Source of the DNA: Cetorhinus maximus
Lineage: Eukaryota
Direction: 5' to 3'
Length of the DNA: 64,000 nt
Assembly: GCF_964194155.1 (NCBI RefSeq)
Contig: NC_135879.1
Coordinates: forward strand, 31,310,001-31,374,000
In this document: piece after piece, positions 55,401-64,000 of the stretch
Layout of the letters: every line of letters begins with the position of its first letter
Position numbering within the stretch: position 1 is the first letter of the stretch
The notes under the pieces: model-generated
The model's database searches: none
What the model saw: only the letters and a program-made list of their open reading frames with translations
Told to the model about the DNA's origin: nothing
Made by a program: the position numbers and the translations under genes

Positions 55401-58398
55401 AGGCTCCAGCCTGGGGATTGTTTGGTGTATGAAAAATCCAGACACTGTGAAGAGCGCCCTCAACTGGCATTTTAATTGGCCAAATTAGTGAACTGGTGGG
55501 TAACATCACTCCCCAGCAGACCAGTATGCCTGCCAGTGGCGAGAAATTGCCAGTACATCCACCTCCAAACTCCCCTCCTTCTTGGGATGAAAATTCTGTC
55601 TTTAATGCCCTTTAATTATTAAATTTCACTGAAAAGGAAATTAAGCTGTATCAGAATTGTATTTAAATGTTTTTTTTAATGCAACATTGTGCATAATTTT
55701 AAAAGAAAAGCTTCTGAAAAAATACCTATGCCACACTAGTGTAGGATTTTTTTTAAGGGCGGGATTTTCCGCACCCGCCCGCTACCGCGATCTTCTGGTC
55801 CCGCCGCAAGTCAGTGAACTTCTGGCTGGGGCAGAGCTTCGGGGCTGGAAAATCCCGCCCTAAATCTGAAAATAGTAGACAACAGATTGCACCATCTACA
55901 CTGCATAAGTAAACTGCTAGTGATAGTTTAAGTGGTGTGCTTACTAACTTTAATTATTTTACCAGCTAATCTAGCATTTCACATACAGAATGATAGCCAA
56001 ATGTAATCCTACTTAAGGTGAAGTCTAAAGGGCGGAAGGTTCTGGACCAGAATGCAGATAGAATTAAGTCATAATTTTAAAGTCCATACATTTGATCCTT
56101 ATTTTTATGTAATACTTTGTTTTTCTATTTTATATAATATAAAATCATATGGAAATCTGAGAAGCAGAAGATGTACTTAGAGCAGAGATTATTTGTAGTA
56201 CAGGCTGAGGAGCTAGGAGATGCAAAAATTAAGTGCTATGGCACCACTATTGGCAGAAACGTGTCATTGCAAGTGTACATGGGCAGTTTCTATTATAAAG
56301 GTAAACCTAGCAACTTGTCATGAAAACAAATTGCTGGATTGTGCATCAGATGTAGGATACTTTAATATGGCATTACTTTCATTTGTGTTCACGTTTCTTT
56401 GAAACAGCTAATTGCAGAGGCAACTGCATGTATTAAAAATAACCTAATTAATTTTTCTATCATTGACAGAGATCAAGAATATTTCCAACTACACTTCTGC
56501 TGAAATAAAGTACAATGAGTCATCCATAGTTACTTGGAATTTCTTTATGCAACCTTCACTCGATCTCAGTGCTGAGAGAATAGGCTGTCCTTTGCAGCAA
56601 GTGTGGTGTCAGTATGTTCCCATTATTCATCTATCTCAGTACATCCTTTCTGCTACCCTGATTGGAATGGGATACCCAGTCTGTAATGTTATATCTTATA
56701 TATTGTATTCAAAAATTCTTGGACCAAAGCCCCAGGTAAGCGATGTTTAATTATAGTAAAATGTCAACAGACATATAAGATCAGAAGCATAAAAAGAACC
56801 AATAACATGTGTTTCTGCAAGTGTATGGCTGTATTTGTATGATCACCTTTAAATTTTTGTGTAATTGTAGCTTTTAGCCTTTGGTTCCCCTCTTATGTTT
56901 TTCCATTTTAAATTGGTGTAATCCAAGACCATAACTAGGGCACGTACTTTGACTGGTGTGACAAGATTTGCAAGTTTCAGATTCCACAACGTCCTCAATT
57001 TCACTTCACTGGCACTTTAATTTCAACCAACAATGTATTTTAGAGGAGGTATTCTGTCTTCCTTTAACTAAATAACATTGAAGTAGTTTCTATTTGCTTG
57101 GATATTCGCCACAGAAACAAGGTGGGGTGGGGGTGAAAATTCAAAGGGCCAGGTTTATATTGCTGCCCTTGGCTACTCTGCCTCATTCTCTCAGGTGGCG
57201 AATTGTAGGTATGGAAAGAGACCACAAAATAAAAAGAACAAAGAAAAGTACAGCACAGGAACAGGCCCTTCGGCCCTCCAAGCCTGCGCCGATCATATTG
57301 TCCGTCAACTAAAACATTTTGCACTTCCAGGGTCCGTATCCCTCTATTCCCATCCTATTCATGTATTTGTCAAGCTGCCTCTTAAACACCACTATCGTAC
57401 CTGCTTCCACCACCTCCTCTGGCAGCGAATTCCAGACACTCACTACCCTCTGCGTAGAAAACTTGCCCCGCACATCTCCTCTATAGTTTTCTCCTCTCAC
57501 CTTAAATCTATGTCCCCTAGTAATTGACTCTTCCACCTTGGGAAAAAGCTTCTATCTACAGAAATTGATGTACTATAACATCATACATTGTTTGGTATCT
57601 GCAACAGCCATCCCCATGGTGGGTTCCTGATCTCAGCCAAGATCTTAGGAGGTAACTTGATGTGCTTTCAGAATTTAGATCCATCAGAGGCTGAGCTTTA
57701 CACTGACTGAGTGATTCAGATGGGATTAAGAAACTTGACTGTAACAGTAAATGTGTTTTATAGTTAATTTTCACTTCCAACAGTATACCTATATCTTTAT
57801 TTTGGGGCTAAACAGCATCAGCACACACAAAAAAAGCTTCAGCTGAAAAAGAAACTTTCATCTTGCCCAACTGAGCAGAACAAGCTGCCTCTAGCATTTT
57901 TCCCAACCCCTCTATTGCTATGAAAACACAACTGCAAATTTGCCCCTTAAGTGACATGACTTCACATGTAGTTGGCAAGGATACTTAAAAACATTAAGAA
58001 CTGCTTGTGTTTAACCTCATCACAACTGATTGGTAATTCTTCCCATCCTTCCTGTGACCACTATTACAACCAGTTTAGAAACAGATGAACTGGAGCAGGG
58101 TAGAATTTTTGAAACCAATTCTATAGCTACTTAAATAATTTTCTTGTGCAAGAGTGTTTGACATCTAACTTTGTTTTCATTTTTAACCTCTTAGGGTGTT
58201 TATATGGGCTGGCTAACAGCCTCTGGAAGTGGAGCACGCACATTTGGACCAGTGTTTGTTAGCCAAGTTTACACTCGTTATGGGCCTCGATGGACGTTTG
58301 GCCCCATTTGTGGGATAGTGATGGCTGCTATAATACTAATGGGTTCAATGTATAAGAGACTCATAGGATTCACAATCCAGTATCAGAGATTACAGTAA
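4275..58398 (+). CDS. MFSD8: MFSD8/CLN7 lysosomal major facilitator superfamily protein, complete spliced CDS (12 coding exons, 1572 nt, 523 aa)
   Basis: Exons of 62, 92, 44, 241, 114, 145, 56, 109, 135, 104, 266 and 204 nt join in frame with GT-AG introns. The translation matches MFSD8 hallmarks ([62 protein letters not shown]). Cumulative boundaries c.62/154/198/439/553/698/754/863/998/1102 match the human gene as I recall it. Confidence 0.98.
5583..6379 (+). repeat. Local direct duplication (5583-5704 and 6215-6379)
   Basis: Identical by eye except for a 43-bp segment absent from the first copy. Confidence 0.92.
6740..7710. repeat. C/T-rich low-complexity tract, interrupted by a Penelope-like fragment
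   Basis: Nearly G-free + strand at 6740-7190 and 7520-7710. Confidence 0.85.
7191..7520 (-). mobile_element. Penelope-like element 3' terminal fragment with degenerate hammerhead
   Basis: Family terminus AAAAGCAAAATACTG.GGATGCTGG; reverse strand near 7285-7325 reads AGTT-CCAAAGA-AGAGTC-atattg-GACTC-GAAATGTT-AACT. Confidence 0.75.
9780..12561 (-). mobile_element. Decayed PIF/Harbinger DNA transposon: spliced Myb/SANT-like accessory gene, one TIR, and possible transposase 3' remnants on the + strand
   Basis: [29 protein letters not shown] (Myb/SANT-like) preceded by AAPKFSD; donor GTAAGT at 12033; terminus GGGACGATTCCGCCC (12547-12561) resembles the MITE TIRs in this window. Confidence 0.8.
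15017..15979 (+). mobile_element. Probable solo LTR
   Basis: Begins TGTTGTAAC and ends GATTGTTATA (degenerate TG...CA); ATTAAA near the 3' end; no coding capacity; no clear TSD. Confidence 0.4.
16029..16120 (+). CDS. MFSD8: MFSD8 coding exon 2 ([30 protein letters not shown])
   Basis: ttttttgcag acceptor, G|GTAGGT donor, frame continuous with neighbours. Confidence 0.96.
16228..16740 (+). mobile_element. DeuSINE-type (SacSINE1/AmnSINE1-like) SINE with a nested MITE
   Basis: CTGACACTCCAG..CAGTACTGAGG, AAAAGATCC..TGGCACTATTT and a GCTATATAAATGCAAG tail, all shared with other copies. Confidence 0.8.
16521..16656. mobile_element. Harbinger-type MITE with 3-bp TSD TAC
   Basis: Ends GGGCAGGATTTTC / GAAAATCCCAGCC flanked by TAC...TAC; removal restores CAGTGACTACACTTC, which is seen intact in the SINE copy near 21250. 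Confidence 0.88.
17451..18565. mobile_element. 1.1-kb non-autonomous Harbinger-type element, TSD ATG
   Basis: atg|GGGCTGGATTTT...GAAAATTCGGCCC|atg. Confidence 0.75.
18709..18752 (+). CDS. MFSD8: MFSD8 coding exon 3 ([15 protein letters not shown])
   Basis: tttttttctgcag acceptor, AAG|GTTTGT donor. Confidence 0.95.
18862..19108 (+). mobile_element. Internally deleted DeuSINE-type SINE
   Basis: tRNA-like head (GGTTCAAGTCC B-box) joined to the family tail. Confidence 0.7.
19577..19817 (+). CDS. MFSD8: MFSD8 coding exon 4 ([12 protein letters not shown]...RAFIGFGA)
   Basis: Within ORF 19508..19837; ctgcag acceptor, CAG|GTAAGA donor. Confidence 0.97.
20810..21555. mobile_element. Two DeuSINE-type SINEs tail-to-tail (+ 20810-21235; - 21240-21555)
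   Basis: The same family motifs are read in opposite orientations. Confidence 0.8.
21600..21900 (+). repeat. Unclassified old interspersed repeat (related pieces at about 39400-39560 and 50900-51230)
   Basis: Shared AAAATCAGCC..GTTCCTGCTCC.GATC.CTATC and AATGG.TACTTGG.TGAGGT motifs. Confidence 0.5.
22695..22805 (-). mobile_element. SINE 3' fragment sharing its tail with LINE family B
   Basis: Reverse strand reads CCCTCTGAAATGGCCAAGCAAGCCAGTCAGTT|CAAGGGCAATTAGGGATGGGCAATAAATG. Confidence 0.75.
23255..23492 (-). mobile_element. SINE (MetaSINE-like central domain) with LINE family B tail
   Basis: Reverse strand AAAACCCATCTGATTCACTAATGTCCTTTAGGGGAGGAAATCTGCC matches 48481-48530; tail matches family B 3' ends. 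Confidence 0.75.
23495..24610 (+). mobile_element. Decayed CR1 LINE RT/3' fragment
   Basis: Colinear with 400-1520, with many indels. Confidence 0.88.
24805..26075 (+). mobile_element. Decayed CR1 LINE RT/3' fragment with a nested L2/SINE-tail fragment (about 25560-25780)
   Basis: [26 protein letters not shown]. Confidence 0.85.
26580..28249 (+). mobile_element. Decayed CR1 LINE 5' part (ORF1 esterase-like region and endonuclease start), truncated at the gypsy element
   Basis: Remnants [27 protein letters not shown]; ends at GNVEMAEIF. Confidence 0.75.
28250..32470 (-). mobile_element. Decayed Ty3/gypsy LTR retrotransposon, Gmr1-like (gag-[PR]-INT-RT-RNaseH)
   Basis: gag [27 protein letters not shown] (31837-32157); integrase [39 protein letters not shown] (30464-31075); [24 protein letters not shown] (29064-30006); RNase H AIDASD, YTGHNPL (28585-29051); purine tract near 28333-28346 and terminal TGT at 28250. 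Confidence 0.92.
34438..34551 (+). CDS. MFSD8: MFSD8 coding exon 5 ([38 protein letters not shown])
   Basis: Within ORF 34410..34604; tttgtttag acceptor, CAG|GTACAA donor. Confidence 0.97.
34905..35165 (+). mobile_element. Decayed DeuSINE-type SINE
   Basis: CTGAGTCAGAAAGTTGTG head; CTAGGCTGACACTCCAGTGCAATACT. Confidence 0.65.
35290..36595 (+). mobile_element. LINE family B RT/3' fragment, interrupted at about 35540-35905
   Basis: [23 protein letters not shown], then the family B tail. Confidence 0.85.
37491..37635 (+). CDS. MFSD8: MFSD8 coding exon 6 ([48 protein letters not shown])
   Basis: ggttcag acceptor, AG|GTAAAT donor; 145 nt preserves frame. Confidence 0.95.
38355..38875 (+). mobile_element. 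LINE family B 3' fragment
   Basis: Colinear with 36110-36595; ends GAATAAAAAA. Confidence 0.88.
39619..40530. mobile_element. Probable solo LTR
   Basis: Imperfect inverted termini TGTACGAA...TTTGTAATA; about 0.9 kb, non-coding; no clear TSD. Confidence 0.45.
40595..41340. mobile_element. Old non-autonomous DNA-transposon-like repeat (related pieces at about 13850-14170 and, inverted, 43538-44520)
   Basis: GGCCCA(A/G)AATTT terminus; shared TTTAAATCTAATTT..TGATTGGTTGAA..TTGCCCTG.TC motif. Confidence 0.55.
41508..41563 (+). CDS. MFSD8: MFSD8 coding exon 7 ([18 protein letters not shown], central cytosolic loop)
   Basis: ttcttcccccag acceptor, AAG|GTAACT donor; 56 nt. Confidence 0.92.
41653..41761 (+). 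CDS. MFSD8: MFSD8 coding exon 8 ([36 protein letters not shown])
   Basis: tttttgtgtag acceptor, AC|GTAAGT donor; preceded by an 89-nt intron. Confidence 0.95.
41850..42500 (-). mobile_element. LINE family B 3' fragment, about 90 bp downstream of exon 8
   Basis: [25 protein letters not shown] plus tail. Confidence 0.88.
42978..43430 (-). mobile_element. Near full-length DeuSINE-type SINE
   Basis: Reverse strand GTGGCTTAGTTGGTAG (A-box) and GGGTTCAAGATC (B-box), central domain and tail. Confidence 0.85.
45313..46177 (+). mobile_element. CR1 LINE 3' fragment nested in the family B LINE
   Basis: ORF 45461..45934 [21 protein letters not shown]; the host resumes as CTGGTCCAG|TTAAGTTTC across it. 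Confidence 0.92.
46934..47559. mobile_element. Penelope-like fold-back insertion with about 225-bp inverted arms and a 14-bp TSD
   Basis: Arms 46943-47171 and 47297-47515; CTGAGCATCGATGA at 46920-46933 and 47560-47573. Confidence 0.9.
46996..47034 (-). ncRNA. Minimal type I hammerhead ribozyme motif
   Basis: AGCU-CUGAAGA-A-GGGUC-auaca-GACUC-GAAA-CGUC-AACU: intact core, helix II and palindromic helix III (ACGU); one mismatch in helix I. Confidence 0.7.
48360..49130 (+). mobile_element. LINE 5' end: SINE-like 5'UTR followed by an APE endonuclease remnant
   Basis: GAGTTCAAATC B-box-like motif; domain shared with the SINE at 23330-23490; then [30 protein letters not shown]. Confidence 0.8.
49200..49690. 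mobile_element. Penelope-like fold-back fragment interrupted by a CR1 3' end (49266-49593) with AAGTC duplication
   Basis: AAGTC at 49261-49265 and 49594-49598; family termini on both sides. Confidence 0.78.
49760..50380 (+). mobile_element. Second Penelope-like family: GIY-YIG endonuclease C-terminal remnant and 3' terminal repeat with degenerate hammerhead
   Basis: [40 protein letters not shown]; GTC-CTGATGA-GT-gcaag-AC-aAAA-AGCTTC-aAC at 50298-50329. Confidence 0.8.
51478..51612 (+). CDS. MFSD8: MFSD8 coding exon 9 ([44 protein letters not shown])
   Basis: cctttgcag acceptor, AG|GTAACT donor. Confidence 0.96.
51697..51800 (+). CDS. MFSD8: MFSD8 coding exon 10 ([34 protein letters not shown])
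   Basis: ttccttaacag acceptor, CAG|GTACAG donor; preceded by an 84-nt intron. Confidence 0.96.
52715..53120 (-). mobile_element. CR1 LINE 3' fragment
   Basis: [37 protein letters not shown]. Confidence 0.9.
53385..54030 (+). mobile_element. LINE family B 3' fragment
   Basis: Colinear with 35975-36595. Confidence 0.9.
55757..55860. mobile_element. 104-bp PIF/Harbinger (Tourist-like) MITE, TSD TAA
   Basis: Perfect 14-bp TIRs GGGCGGGATTTTCC / GGAAAATCCCGCCC flanked by TAA; CpGs retained. Confidence 0.92.
56470..56735 (+). CDS. MFSD8: MFSD8 coding exon 11 ([18 protein letters not shown]...[10 protein letters not shown])
   Basis: Within ORF 56463..56750; gacag acceptor, CAG|GTAAGC donor. Confidence 0.96.
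57235..57552 (-). mobile_element. CR1 LINE 3' fragment
   Basis: [32 protein letters not shown]. Confidence 0.9.
58195..58398 (+). CDS. MFSD8: MFSD8 last coding exon ([15 protein letters not shown]...QYQRLQ*)
   Basis: cctcttag acceptor; TAA stop at 58396-58398; C-terminal YxxPhi motif YQRL. Confidence 0.97.
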   Translation, partial: GVYMGWLTASGSGARTFGPVFVSQVYTRYGPRWTFGPICGIVMAAIILMGSMYKRLIGFTIQYQRLQ

Positions 58399-58665
58399 CA
58401 ATGGGCAAAAAAAAACATTTATGTATCCAGCCTTGAAACCACATTGATAAAATCTAACTGATTTGCACTTTATTTTATATTAAATTGCTGTAAATTAAAA
58501 TGGTACAGAGAAATGATTATAACTGTCATTTTTTGCTTTATATATTAATGTAACTTACTTAACATTGTTTTATATGCAACTTGTACTATAACTTGTACTA
58601 ATTAGTAGGTTAATAGCTTTTACACTAAAATTGGTGCATCATGACATTTTCAAGTGATAGCTTTA

Positions 58666-58671
58666 AATAAA
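58666..58671 (+). terminator. Candidate MFSD8 polyadenylation signal AATAAA
   Basis: First canonical AATAAA I noticed after the stop codon, in an AT-rich 3'UTR; ATTAAA variants also occur near 58480-58500. Confidence 0.45.
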
Positions 58672-61600
58672 CAATTTCATTGGCTCCTAATTTTGAAATT
58701 TCAAGAATAACATTATGAACCAGTTTTGTATGAAATGGATTAATATAATTTTGTCCACAAACATTGTTTGCATATATAACCATGACTTGCAAACCAAGGA
58801 GACCCCCACTTAGTGCCAGGTTATCTGTACTTATATCTTTTATCATATTAAAGTTGATAAGAGATTGGGCATTAGAAGGAAATTTAGGGGAAATATTGTC
58901 ATTGGCACATTTTTACCTCAGGATGAGTTTTTAAGTAATTTTATTTGTACATGTTTCACTGAAAAACTCAAACAGATTCTCCAAAAACACACTACCAGTC
59001 TCAAAAAATCTTACATTTCAGTAGATACAAAGTGCTCTTGAAACCACTGACAGCCAGTGCACCGAAGTCTGTTTACAACTTAAAACACTAGATATGTAGG
59101 TAATTGCGAAGTAGAAGTGGGTGAAAAAATTACTTTTGTAAAATTGCAAACTTTTTCCCATTATGCATAGCAGCAAAGAAACCTGCAGAACTCTATCACA
59201 AGAATGGAGGAGTTTCTCTGCTGTTTTGGATGCTGGCTAAAAAGATCTCCATTACACAAAAGCCAGAAATTAACAATCTAGGGAGAGAGAATGGAATCAG
59301 AAATCTAAACAGAAAATGAACCAAAATCACATCCTTCCAGAATTAGGCACGATCCTAGGCGAGGATGAAAAGGAATGTTACAGGAAATGGTGCCAATGCT
59401 AGTCTACTACACATACAATAACCATTTTGAAATTAAGAACAGATGTGATAACAGATAACTGATCCAAGTCCCATAGCTGTCTCTGATTAACAAGTTTCAC
59501 TGCATCATGCACATATTCATATTTACAAGCATCTGGTGGAGTGGAGGCATACAGTAACCTGGTTTTTCTGCTAGGTTTATCAGCTTAACTTAGCTGAAAT
59601 CAGCCAAAACAGTGCAGAAGACCCTGGAATTTGAAATGCACGTATTAATTGAGTTTCCCAATCTTTAATGCTGGTTTAAAAAAAACCATTGTGCAGGAAG
59701 CTTGATCACCCAAAAGACTGGCCACAATCTAGATCAAAATCATGTACATGGCAAATTTCTGCCAATTGCGCCCATTCAAGGAGACTCGTTTTTTTGGCAC
59801 TCGGGAATGACTAGGCATGTTTTTAAAAATATTGAATTTACTAAAAAAATTGATTAGCATACACTGATAAAACTAGATGTTTCTATTTTTGTTAGTAATT
59901 TTCAGTGGTTTAAAATCAGGTTACTCACCAATGGAGACACATTTACTAAAAATACTTTAATACAGACCCATTTTCAGCTGCATTAATAAAACTGCACCAG
60001 GTTACCACTTAAATACAATGAATTTTTTAACACAAAAATTATGTTCTATTATGCTGACCAATTGCACTGATTAAAAATATTTACAATAATGCAAATAAGT
60101 TCAGAAACTTGAACTGTAAACTAACCGGCTCAAGTTGCAACTATATTACCTACTTGTACCCAAAGTTGGAAACTATAACATTATGTCCTTGATGGAGGGG
60201 AAAGATTTTAAGTCATCTCAATTAACACAACCTAACAAAGAAGCAGACTGAGTGTTAGATTCAGTCTACTGGAAATTCCATCTCTGCGTCAGATGTTTTC
60301 TTTAATGGCCTCCAACTTGGCATTTGGTTTTCTTGCACCAGCTTTCATCATCATCCTGTCTGACTTTTCCTTCATGAAAATTCTATTAACTAAAATTTTC
60401 TTCCTTCCAATCTTCCAATTTCTGCTTCTATTGAACATTTTTAAATATCGCAATTTATTAAGTTCATTTAATTTTAAATGCATTAAATTACCAGTGTAGC
60501 CCACTGGATTAGGTAACTGCTACTAATTACCAATTTAGGTCAACTGTAAATAACTTCAGTGATAGTTTAAGTGATGTGCTTACTAACTTTAATTATTTTA
60601 CCAGCTAATCTAGCATTTCACATACAGAATGATAGCCAAATGTAATCCTACTTAAGGTGAAGTCTAAAGGGCGGAATGTTCTGGACCAGAATGCAGATAG
60701 AATTAAGTCATCATTTTAAAGTCTAGTCTACCTGATGGCATACTAGAGGAGTAACACTGTGCCCTTGTGATCTGTATTGGATATTTGTGATATTGTTTAT
60801 GTATTACTTCAATGTTTTCGAATGTGAACCAAAAAAAATTTGGAAAGGAAAATGCTGCAGAGGCTGAAAATCTTAAATAGAAAACAATGGCAGTTCATCA
60901 ACCTGATTCATCAACTCTTTCTCTCCACAGATGCTCAGATTTTGTTTTTAAAATTTAAATATTTGGTGAGAAAAGGCCAGATTACAAATGTTAAAGTGTG
61001 CTTTATTTCACAGTAAGGTGAGCATACAGAACAGCCATTATGATTGAATTTAGGAAGCCCTATTTATACAGCTTAATTGTGTATAGAAAACAAAATTTGA
61101 AAACTGTCATATCAATCATTGGTCCACTTAAAACAAGATGGTCCATCACTTCTAATATGTTCCCTTCTATGAAAGCTTTTAACTTTCCCTAACAAATTAG
61201 ATTTTTTTTTTTGCAACCTTCCTAAGTGCCTATGTTTTCTATCTCGCTATTCATAACCAGAAAGGGGAAGTGAAGATTATCTAATGTAATGGATGAGGGA
61301 TTTGATTGTTGTGACAATCACAAATTGGAAAGCATCACTACCAGCTCAATACCATTTTAAACTATCTTTCAGCTCAGCCGCTCTTTCTATTGAAAAAAAA
61401 TTGTGATACGGAACACCCAACAGTACTTTTTTTCCAAATTGTGTAAAAAGTCAAAAGACCTGGAAATGTGAGGGGTTCGCTTTAAGGGGAATTGAGAAAG
61501 TAGACTAGAATAAGAGCATCAAAATACAAAGCAATTATTGTATTAAAATAGTCAACTATATACAACACAAAGCAATATGATACAAATATATGCATGATTT

Positions 61601-63261
61601 ACATAATTCACAGTAATGCAAGGAAAAGATGGGCAAGTCTAGACTTCAGTTTCCACAAGAGACTTAATTTCTGCGCACATTTCTGCCCCCCCCATACCAA
61701 TTATGACCAATATCACACAACACAAACAAATTCATGCTATGTCAGCAATTTGTGTTAGTTGCACTCCCAACTTCAGCTGATCATCACTTTTCAGCCAAAG
61801 GCCAAGGTTGGACCCTGGAGATTAAAAACAAATTAGTACTATTTAATACTTAATGATTTAAAAATCAAAAAAGTATGAGGCAGGAGTACAATGGCCAATT
61901 TTCTCAACATGCTTTGCACATGTAAAATACTGGAACACGGGCTGACAAAAGTGGAACAGAGACAGAGTGGCCTGCTCGCTACTGCCTCCACTGTCTCAGC
62001 TTGTCGAATCAAGCATCAGATGGCCAATTAGTCGCCATCCGGCAGGAAGGCAGCCAATTAGAAGTGCGAAGGGGGCCTTCGTGCCCAATCGGGAATCTGA
62101 GCCAGGATGTTATGTAGGAGAGGGGTTCTGCTGTTTACAGGAAGTCGGTCATGGCTACAAATTTAAAGGTCCCTGCCCTCTCAATCTTTCTTTGTTTTTA
62201 TGGCAGGCTCCAAAAAGTTAAAAATTAGTTTAAAAAAAAAACATACAGGCGCTGCCACTTCCACCAGCAGAATCTGCTGGCTACAGAGCCATGGTTGTGG
62301 TGGTAGACTTTTTCTTCAGCCCATGTGCCACCTGTTCATAGCTGTTGTAAAACACTCCCAAACCTTTCCACATCTGGATGCCCAAAAAATGCAGCAGGCA
62401 ACAAAAAATTGTAGATGATTGGGTTGTTAACAAGCTTAGCAGCTTGTTAATTAGTAATTTCAAAACGGCAGGTGGGTCCAATTTCTACGCCTGCTCACCT
62501 TCTGTAATTTCGGACACTGGCATGGTGACGTTATATTGCCAACCTGAAATCAGCACGCCCTATTTTACATTTGTCTGGGGAGAGTGGTCTACCCGATTTG
62601 CAGTTTCAAGGTTTTCATTTTGCACAAGAGAGTGTTAAAAAAAGAATCCAGGATAAAGGAGGTATGTCATGTAAAGGATTAAGTGAAATTCCCAATTACA
62701 TTTTGGGAGAAGAAAAGAAAGAAATGTTCCACTAATAATGGATGAAAATGTAAAGCCACAACATGCCACAAATAGACAAATGGTAAAATGGTTGAAATCA
62801 GAAGGCATCCACTACAGAAGTATATAAAATGTCTATATAAAATTATCTTACAAAAACAGAAGTTCATTTACAAGTTTATATAATTTGTATAAATCCCTTT
62901 TATACATAAAGCAGATAAATACAACTCAACAATCTGCCATTTCAACTGTTTTAACACTGCATTGATATTCACTCAAAAATACTTTTAAATGAGCAATAGA
63001 AAAAATAAAAATCTTTCATGTACATTAAGCATTACAAAATATACAAAATATTTACAGTATTGGTTCAATATTTACACTTTGCTACATTAAGATCTACCAC
63101 CTTTGTTTTATAACATTTTTCAGTTTGGGCTTGGTTAGTTATTGTTACTCAGCAACACAAGTTCCAAACTACTTTTAGAAAAGGGAAAACAGCATTACGC
63201 AGAATACCAGAAGAGAATATTGCCAAACTTCTGACTTCACATTACAGCAGATGAGCTTGCT

Positions 63262-63370
63262 TCACTGGATTCTATGTTGGTTTGTTTGATTTGCCAGCAA
63301 TCCAAGGATTGAAGAGAGGCACTGTAGCTTCTCTTTCACATGGTCAGGAATCTTCTCATTTTGCCCATAC
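63262..63370 (-). CDS. PLK4: PLK4 (polo-like kinase 4) terminal coding exon, end of polo-box 3; the rest of the gene lies beyond the window
   Basis: Reverse strand reads ttttgttttgatag|G TAT GGG CAA..., translating to (R)[35 protein letters not shown]. This resembles the human PLK4 C-terminus [27 protein letters not shown]4 is convergent with MFSD8 in human. Not in the ORF track. Confidence 0.93.
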
Positions 63371-64000
63371 CTATCAAAACAAAAACATTTTCATTTTTCA
63401 TTGAGATGAGGAAGTGGCCAATCCTGTATAAAATCAATATCAGCTTTAAAAAAAATTTAAAAATGGTACACATTCTGTAATGCTCACCAAGGGAGCCAAG
63501 TGTGGAGATGAAAGTAAAGCAGAATTTGTACAAGTTGCTAACAGTACAATGATTGGATATGCAGCTGTTTGTACCAATGGTAAAATGCTAGAATAATAAT
63601 TACATTTAGAAGCAGATTATGAGTGCAGTGTGACTGCATAATAGAACTATAAATATGAAATAAAACCAGAAGATGAAGGGTACACATCCAAAACACAACC
63701 TCTTTTCACTGATGCTCAACCTATTTATAATTCCAATATTTCTTTTATTTTAGCAGGATTGTTTAAGTCAGATTTAAAATTCTAAATAGAAAATTCTCAT
63801 CCACATTTCCCTTTCAGCGTTTATAGAAATGTCAAGCATTTTGCCATTTAGCATGACAGAATTTAAAGTTTATGAAAAATTGAAAATTCTGAATTAGAAT
63901 TATTCTTCCCACTGCATATATGACTTGTATAACAACTTTGCTTACAGTTAGTTACTAAGAGTTCGCTTTCTCTGGGGTATTTTCATTATAAATTTTTGAA

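Larger units (their letters stand above)
55919..60723 (+). repeat. Dispersed 166-bp direct duplication (55919-56084 and 60558-60723)
   Basis: 163/166 identical by eye. Confidence 0.93.

Noticed and set aside
55919-56084. Duplicated 166-mer as a C/D or H/ACA snoRNA
   Set aside because: No canonical RUGAUGA/CUGA pair or terminal stem seen; the second copy is outside the intron
62679-62867. 62-aa hydrophobic ORF on the - strand
   Set aside because: Lies downstream of the PLK4 stop in AT-rich presumptive 3'UTR; no recognisable homology
1-64000. CRISPR array, prokaryotic operon or viral insertion
   Set aside because: No regularly spaced repeats and no dense intronless gene clusters; the content is explained by a spliced vertebrate gene and TEs

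Overview
Vertebrate genomic DNA, most likely a cartilaginous fish (shark), inferred from the repeat families present. The window holds one complete protein-coding gene on the + strand, MFSD8/CLN7 (lysosomal MFS protein). It has 12 coding exons from 4275 to 58398, all with GT-AG introns, splicing to an intact 523-aa ORF. The last coding exon of PLK4 lies tail-to-tail on the - strand (63262-63370), matching human synteny. The rest is intronic or intergenic and dense in decayed transposons: CR1 LINEs, a second LINE family with related SINEs, DeuSINE-type SINEs, Penelope-like elements with minimal hammerhead ribozymes, a Gmr1-like gypsy element, a PIF/Harbinger remnant with MITEs, and probable solo LTRs. 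Nearly all ORFs in the supplied track are TE fragments or noise. I found no convincing wholly new biological system. The best leads are the hammerhead-bearing fold-back elements, a LINE whose 5' end is the body of a SINE, and several short templated duplications. Repeat family names come from recognition, not a database search, and TE boundaries are approximate unless a TSD or TIR is quoted.
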